Origin: Octopus vulgaris
Taxonomy: Eukaryota
Reading direction: 5' to 3'
DNA: 64,000 nucleotides
NCBI GenBank assembly: GCA_951406725.2
Contig: OX597823.1
Span: forward strand, 79,980,001-80,044,000
Shown here: positions 1-13,018 of the stretch, one piece after another
Layout of the letters: each line of letters opens with the position of its first letter
Numbering within the stretch: the stretch's first letter is position 1
Notes under the pieces: model-generated
Told to the model about the DNA's origin: nothing
What the model saw: the letters and a program-made list of their open reading frames with translations, nothing else
Database searches by the model: none
Translations under genes and position numbers: made by a program

Positions 1-121
1 TATATATACATATGCATATATGTGTATATATATATATATAGATATGCATAATACACATATGTAAATAAATATATATCTGTATGTGTTTGTATGTATACAC
101 ACAAACACACACACACACACA

Positions 122-188
<67 letters not shown>

Positions 189-1058
189 GTATATACATGT
201 ATTAACGTATAAAAGGGAAGGTTTGATAGTAACCTCGACGAGTTGACTTGCTCGCCTTCACCATGCTGATTCACATGCTTTCCTTTGGGAAGGAGGCCTT
301 ATATAGTCTCGGGGAATTTTCTTTTTCTTTGGGTACTTGGAGCAATGTGAACCATAATCTGATACGGCGTTGGCAGAGCGGGTAAGTGTGTTCTGTCGGT
401 AGGATAGGGTAAGATAGGAGGAAAGTAAGAGTGTTTTGTAGAGGGCGGCTTGATTGAAAGCTATGGTTGGGAGATTTATTTTGGCTTGATATAGGAATTT
501 GTTATCGGTTAGGGTTTAATCAGTCATGGAAGTAAAGATGGAAACACATGTCTTAAATTTAGGTTATGACATTATTTGTATAAAAGGTTATTTTTGTTCT
601 ACTTTTGTGTTCCTGAAAGAATGTTTGTAGATACAATTGGTACACATTTGGGCCATACTGGGATTGAATTCATGTTGGTGCTATTAGATTTTTATTGAGA
701 CGTTTTAAACTAGATATTTCAGGGCGGTTGAAAGTGAAGGAGTCCGTCCAATATTTGCATTAATTGTTAATCGTAAATTATTAATGTGTTAATGGCGAAA
801 CTTCTTGATTTCGTATATAGTTTTAAGATACAGAAAGTTTAGTCAATAACTTCAATCTTTTATGTATATTTGAAATGCACGTATACTCATTTTTAGATTG
901 CACTACAAATGAGAAAGTCTATAAATTTTAAAGAAGTAGGTTATCTAAGGTATATACTGGCAACAGTAAAACTACACATTGTTTTGCCACAATGCGAAAA
1001 AAGACAAAACACAATTCCGTATCTTTTACTTGCTTGTAACATCATTTTACAAAAACAA

Positions 1059-1562
<504 letters not shown>

Positions 1563-1568
1563 TATATA

Positions 1569-1850
1569 TTTGTTGTTTGTTCCTTCTCGAGTGATGCCTG
1601 GCTCATAAGAGCCGGTTTCCCGGTTTCATTGGCGTACAGGTTTTCCACCTGGATGGGACGCCAGACCATCGCAGATTAAAAGAAAGTTGTGGCGAAAGAG
1701 TCAGCCGAAGTTCACTATTAACTTCCACCGGAGCCACGTGAAACATAGGTATTTCTCTAATAAACATACATATCAATGGGACTGAGATTCGACTCCGCGA
1801 GCCCTCGACCACGAGCCCGCTGCTCTAAACACTAGTCCATGTACCTCCAC
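1569..1850 (-). mobile_element. tRNA-derived SINE, family C (V-domain-like centre)
   Basis: Reverse strand reads GTGGAGGTACATGGACTAGTG...GAGTCGAATCTC head, then CTGCGATGGTCTGGCGTCCCATCCAGG and GAAACCGGGAAACCGG; homologous to 22362-22655. Confidence 0.75.
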
Positions 1851-1905
1851 TATATAATATATATATATATATAAATATATGTATGTATGTATATATATAT
1901 ATATA

Positions 1906-1967
<62 letters not shown>

Positions 1968-1971
1968 TATG

Positions 1972-2022
<51 letters not shown>

Positions 2023-2035
2023 GTGTGTATTATTT

Positions 2036-2224
2036 TATTTTTGTATTTGTTTCAGTCATTTGAGTGGGGCCATGCATCTAGTCGAACAAATCGACCCCAG
2101 GTGTTATTCTTTTTAAGCTAGTACTTATCCTATCGGGCTCTCTTGCCGAACCGCTAAGATACGGGGACGTAAACACACCAACATCGGTTGTGAAGCGATG
2201 CTGGTGGACAAATACAGACACACA

Positions 2225-2278
<54 letters not shown>

Positions 2279-2413
2279 ACGGGCTTCTTTCAGTTTCCAT
2301 CTACCAGGTCCACTCACAAGGCTTCGGACGGCCCGAGGCTATAGTAGAAGACACTTGCCCAAGGTGCCACGCAGTGGGACTGAATCCGGAAGCATGTGGT
2401 TGGTAAGCAAGCT
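2036..2413 (-). mobile_element. SINE family A
   Basis: Reverse complement of the 1158-1562 consensus, head slightly truncated. Confidence 0.9.
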
Positions 2414-3199
2414 CCCCCGCCTTTTTTGTTACGATGTTTGTTTGGAAAAATTCTGAAATATGTTTTAATTTATTGCTTATATCTTCTTATATCTTCTAAT
2501 TTAACAAACTTCAGAGCATTATTATGCTGGAGGTAATAATGTGTTTAGTTTTGACCTTTGAATAATACACACAAAAAGCTACTCTCAAGCATCATCGGCT
2601 AAGAGTGACTTTGAAAGTCGTCGCATTTATTTTTCCAGGTATTTTTTCTTAAACATGAATTTTAATCTCAGTATCACAGTCTTTCAAACGAAAATCCTGT
2701 TTCGCTGAAAATAGATTGATCACCTGTACTCTCGGTGATTGTTTATTCACCTGACTTTTACACTTCATGCCTAAAGAGAACATAGGCAATCGAATGATTT
2801 TGGCAAATTGCTCATGGGGTGCCCCATTTTCCTTTTTAGTCTTAACGGGGTGCAATCCGTTATGTTAGAGGAAAGGATGAAAAATGTGTCTCATGGCTGC
2901 AAAAGATGTGTAGAATGTATAGATTTGTTGATGGAATAAAATTCGTTAATGAGAAGTTTCTCATTAATGATGACACCAGTTAATTAGTATGTCTTCCTCT
3001 TGATGGCATCAAAGAAGACAAAGTTCAAGACCGTACCATTTACTCACAAGAAAGAGAAAACAATGAAGAAACTGTCTTCTCTCCTTTTTGAAGCTTCAGT
3101 GATATAAGCAAAGGGGTTACACTTTGTTAAAAACAAAATACAGAGAAATAAAAAAGATGACCTTAGAACTATTTTTAACACAGTGATAATAGCTTTATG

Positions 3200-3414
3200 A
3201 AGGCGGCGAGCTGGCAGAACCGTTAGCACGCCGAGCGAAATGCGTAGCCTTATTTCGTCTGCCGTTATGTTCTGAGTTCAAATTCCGCCGAGGTCGACTT
3301 TGCCTTTCATTCTTTCGGGGTCGATAAATTAAGTACCAGTTAATTGACTTAATCCGTTTTTCTGTCCTTGTTTGTCCCCTTTATGTTTAGCCCCTTGTGG
3401 GCAATAGAGAAACA
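3200..3414 (+). mobile_element. tRNA-derived SINE, family B, with target-site duplication
   Basis: AAGGCGGCGAGCTGGCAGAA head, GAGTTCAAATTCC B box, central GCCTTTCATTCTTTCGGGGTCGATAAATTAAGTACCAG domain; flanked by direct repeat GATAATAGCTTTATGAAG (3185-3202, 3415-3432). Confidence 0.9.
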
Positions 3415-3732
3415 GATAATAGCTTTATGAAGTGTGACCCAACGTCTAAAACGTATATGAATTACATGGAGATTGTTAGTGTTGAAGCATGTGAATTTCA
3501 ACATAAAAGTGCATATGCTCTCAAAGACAGGCATTGAATGACTGGAGTTTGGTTTAACCAACACCATCTGAACTGATAATATAAATCAGTCAACTGCTTT
3601 AGTTGTTTTCTTTTTCACCTACACGTTTGACATGTGATAGTCGGTTTGCTTTCAAAATATAAGATGGATTCTCCCAGCGAATAAAAAAAAATGTCGAAAA
3701 GTTATGCGCTTATAAAATAACAACAATCATAG

Positions 3733-4096
3733 CCTCAGGAGTGGCTGTGCGGTAAGTAGCTTCTGGGTTCAGTCCCATTGCGTGGCACCTTGGGCAAGTA
3801 TCTTCTACTATTGTCTCGGGCCGACCAAAGTCTTGTGAGTGGATTTTGTAGACAGAAACTGAAAGAAGCCTGTCGTATATATATATATACTCTTTTACTC
3901 TTTTTACTCTTTTACTTGTTTCAGTCATTTGACTGCGGCCATGCTGGAGCACCGCCTTTAGTCGAGCAAATCGACCCCGGGACTTATTCTTTGTAAGCCT
4001 AGTACTTATTCTATCGGTCTCTTTTTGCTGACGGGGACGTAAACACACCAGCATCGGTTGTCAAGCAATGCTAGGGGGACAAACACTGACACACAA

Positions 4097-4131
<35 letters not shown>

Positions 4132-4301
4132 CATATATACGACAGGCTTCTTTCAGTTTCCGTCTACCAAATCCACTCACAAGGCATTAGTCGGCCCGGG
4201 GCTATAGCAGAAGACACTTGCCCAAGATGCCACGCAGTGGGACTGAACCCGGAACCATGTGGTTGGTTAGCAAGCAAGCTTACCACACAACCACTCCTGC
4301 G

Positions 4302-4356
<55 letters not shown>

Positions 4357-4590
4357 GTGTGTGTGTGTGTGTATGTATGTTTGTGTGTCTGTGTTTGAAC
4401 CCCTACCATCGCTTGACAACCGATGTTGGTGTGTTTACGCCCCCGTAACTTAGCTGTTCGGCAAACGATACCGATAGAATAAGTATTAGGCTTACAAAGA
4501 ATAAGTACTGAGGTCAATTCGTTCGACTAAAGGTGGTGCTCCAGCATGGCCGAAGTCAAATGACTGAAACAAATAAAAGAATAAAAGAAT
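3733..4590 (+). mobile_element. SINE family A, split by a nested antisense family A copy
   Basis: 5' half 3733-3875 and 3' half 4357-4590 are colinear with the consensus; the interruption lies in the internal (TA)n. Confidence 0.85.
3890..4303 (-). mobile_element. SINE family A, nested full-length copy
   Basis: Complete reverse-complement copy from the (CTCTTTTA)n tail to the CCTGCGCC head, flanked by TA repeats. Confidence 0.9.
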
Positions 4591-5099
4591 AGTGCGTCAT
4601 TTATTATTGGGAAGAAATTGCAATGGTAAATTCATTAAAAAAAATAATAATAATGAATGGATAAGCGCTATATATAGCTACCAACGACAGAAATTATGAT
4701 ATCTTTATATGCGTAAGAGAAATAAATATTGAATATTCTGTTTCTTTGCTCATTCATTAGAAATTCTAACTTCCCATTCCGCCTAGCTTAATCTCGAAGT
4801 AATTGTATCCTTTATGACACCTGGCCACCCGAGGTACGCTACGTATATTTGTTGAAGTGTACACATTATTTATGCCTTGTAATTTAACACACTCGCCTGT
4901 AAAATTTCCACTTATTTCTTATTTTTATTTTCCTAAAATTTTACCGATGAGTGTGTTAAATTATAAGGCACGAAAGGAAAATTACTCTCCCCAGACTCAA
5001 CAGAATATGCTTCAACACACGAACTCACATAAAGAATCTTGTAAATCAAATCCAAAAGCGAAACACAGTATTTAACAATTCAGAATCTTTAGTTCACAA

Positions 5100-5400
5100 T
5101 TCTATTGAGGAGATAAGTTTAAATGAAAACGCTGGAAATTTCCTGTCGCTTATTACTAAAGATGGATCAAGTAATGAAAAGGCATTTGAAGAGAGTAAAA
5201 AATACAGCAAACGTTAAGATGTTATCTTTTCACTAAAATCCAAGTTTGAGTTAAATAATCTCATGGTTATGAGAAATTATTGTTAGTCAGAAATTCGCAA
5301 AAAATAATACTATGGTGCTCTGCTTTATTCTACACCTGATTTAACACATCGTGAACATTTTGTTGTAATCAGTCGATTTGCTGAAGTTGTTTCTAAATCA
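5100..5400 (+). pseudogene. hAT-family transposase relic (DUF4371-like region)
   Basis: Frameshifted translation NAGNFLSLI...DQVMKRHL...VSEIRKK*YYGALLYSTPDLTHREHFVVISRF resembles the hAT GNFL...D.TPD.SH.EQ motifs. Confidence 0.55.
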
Positions 5401-6346
5401 ACAAATGCAGAGGGATCAACGAGACATCGTCTGCCTTTCCTCTGTAAAGAAAAAAATTCTGCCAGAATTCAGAAAAGAAGTAGTACACCACCAGAAGCAG
5501 ACAATATATTATTGAGTTATTGTTATACAAAATATTAGGACAATGCGTTCCCATTTCAGCTGCTAAGCGTGCAACAAATAACTGCCTCCAACTAAAAATG
5601 TGAAAGGAGTGTTAATAAAATGTGTTGAACCATGAACTGAACTTAGTAGACGTTTAACAAAAAATCCCAACAAAATTTGAAAGCAGTATTTCCCAGTCGC
5701 GAGCATCATGGTTTGAACATAGTATAAAAACAGGCTACTAGACAGAAAACAAGTTATAGACTTTTCTGGCATAATTCGAATCTTTAATAATTTCTTTCAA
5801 CTCGGTCCATAACTCGATGGGACGACGGACTGCAGTCAATTTAATTTATTAGTTGTTACCTGATAAAGTTGTGGTACTGATCACCCTCTGTTAATTAATT
5901 GTAGTGGTATGCTTCACTGGTTGAGAAATAGTGAAACACCTAGTAACAAACACACTGCACCAATCGAATACATATGTACATATGCAAATATGCAAACATA
6001 CACACATACATACAGACACAACTAGTGGATTCCGTTTCGTATGATAACTCATTGCCTAACCTTTTGCCCTCATTTCTTTACCCCTTCTTTGTTTTTTCCC
6101 TTCTACCCTTTAACCTTAGCCATCTCTCTATCTTCTTCATTTTATATTACATATATTTCTATCCAGCTCTCATTCTCTCTCCATCTATATCTTTATCTGC
6201 TAGATAGAACTTTCCTCTTTTTGCTCTTCTTGATCACCTATTAACTCCTTTGTCAACAGTGTCACTTAATAACTGTCTATCCTTTTCGCTTTTTCTTTTC
6301 ACATCTACTCTTTTTCATATCTGTTTTTATATATATAGAGAGATAT

Positions 6347-6697
6347 ATAACTTTGAGGTTCAGCAAAAAAAAACCGCTAGAATAAGTACTAGGCTTACAA
6401 AATAATAAGATCTGGGGTCGATTTGCTCGACTAAAGGTGGAGCTCCAGCATGGCCACAGTCAAATGACTGAAACAAGTAAAAGAGTAAAAGAGATCAGTG
6501 TTATTTTGCCGAGTGGGGATTAAATAGTATTAAGCGTTGCAAGGTGTGGGTGTGCAATTTTAACTAAATGTTTTTATTAAATAGAAACCACTTTGCACGT
6601 GAGGAGGACATTTCTTTAAACTATGGATAACGTTATGAGCCCTGGTGTGTTTTTTTTTTGTATTGTCGATGTGTATATTTTATTTTTTTCTTTTATT
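6347..6697. repeat. Left arm of a ~350 bp inverted duplication (partner 8972-9320)
   Basis: SINE-A 3' part plus about 200 bp of non-SINE flank is reverse-complementary to 8972-9320. Confidence 0.9.
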
Positions 6698-6795
6698 TTA
6701 CCTTGTATTTCAAATATTCTTGTGTTGATTTTTACTAATATTTTTATCATCTTAATTATTTCGATTTCCTTTAGCACAAATCTTTATCAAGAAAG

Positions 6796-6842
<47 letters not shown>

Positions 6843-6847
<5 letters not shown>

Positions 6848-7007
6848 GTGTAGTCAGAGCGTGCATCATTCGGAGCGGCCCTTGAGTTCGCCGCTTATCC
6901 CCACACCAAGCCATACAGGCTTATACAGCAGGCCCAAACATGTCACTCCCATTTAAAAGTTGCCCGGGGCGGACTGCTCACTTCAGCTCCACCCAGCTAC
7001 GCGACTG
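6843..7007. mobile_element. Putative MITE with degenerate CAGTGGCGTAGC-type TIRs
   Basis: GC-rich island starting TAGTGGTGTAG and ending GCTACGCGACTG. Confidence 0.4.
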
Positions 7008-7689
7008 GAGATACCTATCAGGATACAGGTATTTTCGTTTAAGTTCTAGATTACTATATCCGAGCGGTTGTCTTTGATATCTTTTCACAATCGCATAGGG
7101 ACGTCTCAGACAGTTATAACATTATCGTTGTCATGTTCCGTTCTTGGTGCACCTCCTCTTTTCATGTAGAAGTGTACATATTTTCTGAGTCTGTGGAGGT
7201 CAGTGAATATACACAAAATGCACAATTGGAATTAATGTTACCAATTGTCTCACTATAATTATTGCATTGTCCAAACTTCATCCTGTCATCCATTTTTTCC
7301 ATTATATTTCTTTTGCAATTATTAGTATTATGCATTGGTCCTCAACAGGTCCTCAACAGCTAAAACCGAACCCTCTTTTACTGTTTTTAACGCAAGGAGT
7401 TGAAGGTTATTATTGCTTTTTACTCAGGCTTCTTCCTCCTTTACCAAATCGTGCAGGATATCGGCTATGAAGTGGTTTTTATAAATTCGGCAGAAATTTA
7501 CTCATTTGTATTCTTAATATTTCCTTTCTTCTTATATCCTCATCTAAACATTTTTCTACTATGCACTGGTGTCTAGTTTCCACATCACTGTTTCTTTACT
7601 TATATATCTGAGATTAAGTATATTGTAACAATATCAGCTTTGGGGCGATGGATCCCAAACGCTGTTAGTAGTATCATATTCTTCTTTTG

Positions 7690-7824
7690 TTGTTTTGTAG
7701 TTATTGTTATTATTATTGTTGTGGTTGGTATTATTGTTGTTGTTGTAGATATTGATATTACTATTATTATTATTGTTGTTGTTGTTGTTGTTGTTGTTAT
7801 TGTTATTATTATTATTATTATTTT

Positions 7825-7893
<69 letters not shown>

Positions 7894-7900
7894 GCTATTA
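7690..7900. repeat. (TTG)n/(TTA)n microsatellite
   Basis: Directly visible trinucleotide repeats. Confidence 0.95.
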
Positions 7901-8202
7901 CTCCCCGGAATACTAGACTTTAACAATAAGATATATGGCCAAATGCATTCCAGTAGCCGCTATGCCATCTTTTATTCATACCAAAGATGTGCTTCCTCTT
8001 TTTTTTTACACAAAAGTGGGATGTTTAATTAATATTACCAGCTAGTGAAGCAACGTCAAAGAATCTCCCTCGTTGGCTCATTATTTCGGAGTCGAAGTAA
8101 AGAAGACTTGCAATTATGGATCTATATAATTCATTGTATTCATCCATCTCAAAAATATGTGTACTGTGTCTCGAACGTTTGAAAAGCAAAACAATTTTAC
8201 AC

Positions 8203-8410
8203 GAGGGTGGTGAAGTAGCAGGATCATTAGCACGCCGGGAAAACTGTTTAACGTCATTTCGTCTGTCTTTACATTCTGAGTTCAAATCCCACCCGTCAGG
8301 GTCCTCTTTGCCCTTCATACTTTCGGGTTCGATAAAATAAGCACCAGTTGAGCTTTGGTGTAGTCGATTTAGTCCCTCCCTCGAAATTGCTGGCCTCCAT
8401 CCAAAATTTG
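8203..8410 (+). mobile_element. Old SINE family B copy
   Basis: Diverged head, TTCTGAGTTCAAATCC, TTCGGGTTCGATAAAATAAGCACCAG, tail GAAATTGCTGGCC. Confidence 0.7.
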
Positions 8411-8933
8411 ATGCTAATCTCTGACCAGAAATTAGTTTTTGTCTTTTGGTAGCAGCAACCAACGCATTTGCTTTGGTTTTGTAAGGTAATAATGATACGT
8501 GGTTGCCCTGATTTTCGCTATGTAGCTACTAACATCCTTTTAACAGACCTCCCCGCAACAGACACAGAAAGAGACACAAAGTGACAAACACAGACATACA
8601 TGCAATACACACTCACACACAAACAAATGATTTCGTCTGTATGAGTATACATAACTTTTTCCATCCTTTTTCAATGCAAACCAAGACTTTTATGCCATGT
8701 CTCTCAATCGTCGCAATTTTGGCAATGAAAATATTATTAGTACTTGATATAGAAGTATACGCAGCTGTGTAAGTGGAGGAATTTGTAGATTTTTCGTTTA
8801 TTATTTTACAATTTGATTCAAAGATGTAAAGGTACTTTTCGTAAGACTCTGACGTTTTTAACATTTTAATGGTTAAATTTGCTTCTTTGTGTCTGCACGC
8901 AGGCACAAGCACATAGACGCTTATGTATAGGTG

Positions 8934-8971
<38 letters not shown>

Positions 8972-8978
<7 letters not shown>

Positions 8979-9320
8979 AAAAAATAAAATATACACATCG
9001 ACAATACAAAGAAAAACACACCAGGGCTCACAACGTTACCCATAGTTTAAAGAAATGTCCTCCTCATGTGCAAAGTGGCTTCTATTTAATAAAAACATTT
9101 AGTTAAAATTGCACACCCACACCTTGCAACGCTTAAAACTATTTAACCCCCACTCGGCAAAATAACACTGATCTCTTTTACTCTTTTACTTGTTTCAGTC
9201 ATTTGACTGTGGCCATGCTGGAGCGCCACCTTTAGTCGAGCAAATCGACCCCAGATCTTATTCTTTTGTAAGCCTAGTACTTATTCTAGCATTCTCTTTT
9301 GCTGAACCGCAAAGTTACAG
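8972..9320. repeat. Right arm of the inverted duplication (partner 6347-6697)
   Basis: Reverse complement of 6347-6697, sharing private SINE variants. Confidence 0.9.
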
Positions 9321-9593
9321 GGACGTAAACACACTAACATCAGTTGTCAAGCGATGTTGGGGGACAAACACAGACACACAAAGATATACACACACGTACA
9401 TATATATATATATATATATATACATATATACGACGGGCGTCTTTTAGTTTCCGTCTACCAAATCCACTCACAAGGCTTTGGTCGGCCCGAGGCTACAGTA
9501 GAAGACACTTGCCCAAGGTGCCACGCAGTGGGACTGAACCCGGAACCATGTGGTTGGTAAGCAAACTACTTATCACACAGCTCTCCTACGCCT
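9173..9593 (-). mobile_element. SINE family A
   Basis: Full reverse-complement copy. Confidence 0.9.
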
Positions 9594-10089
9594 AATTTTA
9601 TGACATCAACGACAAACAATAACACCCAACCCACTAAAGATATATTCTTTGCGATCACCACCCAATAAAAATTACACAACATATTTTCTTACAGAACCAA
9701 TTCATGACACCATAACAACTCGCATTCTAGACCATTATTAGCCATGAGTTAACACAATCCACACAACAGATATTCTAAACAATTACTGTCAGACGCTTTA
9801 ATGCTAATTAGCTTGTCATGGTATTGCCTCCGGAAGAAGGTTACTCACAGATACCCAAATGAACGCAGGACAGATTAAGCCTTTTCGTTTTTTAGCGATT
9901 CATCTATGAGAACGTAGCTGTGTGTGAATCCAGCATCTTAATTACTGCTGAGCTTCTGGCGCTTGTTGCACCAGACACATAAAAGTTTGAAGAAGGGTAG
10001 AGTGGGCCTGTATCTGCATAAAGGACGTACAATATAGCAATATTCACTGAGAAGATTGTTCAGCAAATAAAGACATCAACGCTAACATC

Positions 10090-10229
10090 TATTTCTTTAT
10101 TACCCACAGGGGGTAAACATAGAGGGGACAAACAAGGATAGACAAAGGGATTAAGTCGATTACATCGACTCCAGTGCGAAACTGGTGCTTTATTTATCGA
10201 CCCCGAAAGGATGAAAGGCAAAGTCGGCG
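10090..10229 (-). mobile_element. 5'-truncated SINE family B with TSD
   Basis: 3' part of the family B consensus, flanked by TCAACGCTAA(C/T)ATC direct repeats. Confidence 0.8.
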
Positions 10230-10816
10230 TCAACGCTAATATCATCAGACTTTCTTAACAGCCGTGTTTCGTTGGACACTCATTCACCGATGCTGCAAGA
10301 GAGTTCAATACCTTCTGATACCAAAGCATATAGGACCAATCTCGCACTACATACGATATCTTACTAAAGTTCAATAAACTCACACAACTCACAGTCTATA
10401 CCGCACACAAACACAACGCTAAAATTTCTGTAGAAATAACAAAACAAAGTAATGCACTTATGAAGTTATGCAGTATATGCAGTATACAAGCACAGTTCTT
10501 CATTCTCACAGGACAATGCTACTGACACTTCAGAAACTTGGATGCGCACCTACTTTTAGAGCAGAAATTCGTATAAAAATGTTGAAAAAATAATGATAAA
10601 TAATATCGAACGATAACCATGAGCAAGCAAGCAAAAATGCAACAACAACAAAAAAAATTTTTAAAATTTATGAAATACGTAAGTACGAAGAAGACTTAAG
10701 AAACGCTCTCTCTCTCTCTCTTTCTCTTTCTCTCCCTCTCTCTCTCTTGGTATGTTTTTATGTATGTGTATATACATACATACATATATATGTATGTAAG
10801 TACGTATGTGTATATG

Positions 10817-10847
<31 letters not shown>

Positions 10848-11777
10848 GTGTACGCATGTATATACATATATTTATATACATATATAAAAATAAACATTTA
10901 TATAATTATATATATATGTATATATGTATGCATATGCATATATATGTATGCATATGTATGTATAAGTATGCATGTATGTATGTATATACATATACATATA
11001 TATATGCCGATCCTCCTGTATTTTCTTTCATCCAAAGCTAGGAACTTTTCGTATATTATATGCATATATATGTGAATATATATATTTATGCATTTACATA
11101 TTGTATGTGTATATATGTGCGTGTGCGCGCGTGGACGTGTGCGCGCGCGCGTGTGCATGTAAGTATGTAGCTATGTATGTACGCACATAAGCATTAGGTA
11201 CAATATTAATATGAGGAAAAGCGTACAGAAATCGCATTTTTCTAACAGTATTAAAGATAGTTTTAATAGTAACAATAATAGTACTTTTATTGATGAGGAT
11301 ATCAATGACAATGCAAACAGTGTTAGCACGATTACTTTCGATCGCTGTAAGTCTTCAATGACTGTAACACCAGCCTCTGCTAATGCTAGAATCCTGCAAA
11401 AATCCATTGCAGCTGAACAAAAGGCACTTGACGATGATCGTGTCAAGAGCTTGCTATATTACTTACAGCAAGCTAAAGTAATTCCCATTAATTATAGTCA
11501 GACCAACGGAGATTGAAGGATGTCACCAGCGATGTAAAAGAAGAAATAACAAGTTATAACATTATGATACCTTATTCTATTACGCAGTTAAAGAATTTTC
11601 TTTACGTTTATATGCTCACAAGATTATGTGCTATGCAAGATTAAGTAAACAATCTATCATGACAAAGTTCAGAATCTACGAACAGAGAGCAGACAGACGG
11701 AAAAATAAATAAAAATATGTAATAGACATTCTACAAGTAAAATGAGTAAAATATCCCATACGACTACATATAACCCT

Positions 11778-12038
11778 TGCGTGTGTGGTTAAGAAGGCCG
11801 CTTTGCAACCACGTCGTATCGGGTTCAGTCCCACTGCACGGCATTTCGGGCACTGTCTTGAAGGGTTTAGTCGAACGAATCGATCCCCAGCACTTATTTT
11901 AAAGCCTGGTGCTTATTCTATCCGTCTCATTTTGCCGAACCTCTAATGTTACAAGACGTAAAGAAATTCACACGGGTTGTCAAACGGTGATGGGTGGTGA
12001 GAACAAACACTAACACAAAAACATACACACATGCACAG

Positions 12039-12119
<81 letters not shown>

Positions 12120-12270
12120 CGACGGCTTCTTTCCTCTACCGAATCCACTCACAAGGCTTTTTGTTGACACGGAGCTATAATAGAAAACACTTGCCTAAAA
12201 TTCCACACAGTAGGAGTGAACCCTAAGCCATGTGGTTGGGGTGCAAACTTCTTACCACGCAACTACGCCA
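11778..12270 (-). mobile_element. Old SINE-A-related copy with internal (GATA)n, plus an opposing head fragment at 11778-11857
   Basis: Diverged homology to family A on both strands. Confidence 0.7.
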
Positions 12271-12859
12271 GCATCCACAATATAAATTGAAAAAAAATTC
12301 TCCAACGTATTGTAGTATCTAATAAAAGTTCCCATAAAACGTTTCTGGAATTGGAAACGCTCGGGCGTTGACAACACTCAAAACTTTATGCTAGTTAACT
12401 TTTGACACGCTACAATTCTAAACACCTCCATCATAATCTTCTTACCCTCTTAAACAATCTGGACTATGTTCCTAGAAGTCACTTTTTTGTCTTAGTTTAA
12501 AAGATGAGCTACAGCAGATATCCTGCTCAAAATCACAGATTTCTTTGTCGGTTGCTCGACCTTAAACAGTTGAACATGTCCGGTAGTGGCTGAAGATACA
12601 TGCATCTCTGATAACGTGCATGAGTAATGGGGGAACATTATAGCCTGGTGTGGAGAGAGGGATTCTTTGAGGTTTGAATAATTCTCCCTTGGAAACATGA
12701 GTGCTTCGATCATCATCCTTAAACAACCCTTATTCAGGAAGCTTTTGAGTGGGGTAGGCAACTTGACCAGAAGAAAACTCTACAGGCCCATCTGTAAAGT
12801 CATGCACTGTTAATTTTGATATGCGGTAACTATTTTTGTGAGCATACATAGTTGTGATA

Positions 12860-12970
12860 TATGTGCCTGGTGTACCCATGTCAGACGGGTAGTCATGATG
12901 GGTATATTGCGCTTCCTTTATCTGTACCCCAACGTCATTTTGATGCAACGTGCTGCGCTCTCACCCAATA
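12860..12970 (+). mobile_element. 3' end of a non-LTR retroelement followed by a (TAG)n tail
   Basis: Homologous to 38170-38278 (ATGTGCCT.GTGTACCC..TCAGACGGGTAGTCATGATGGGTATA...CTCTCAC.CAATAA). Confidence 0.6.

Positions 12971-13018
<48 letters not shown>

Noticed and set aside
214-870. G/T-skewed unique stretch resembling an antisense LINE remnant (also 7050-7600 and 9600-10450)
   Set aside because: No diagnostic motif could be read; too decayed to call without a library search
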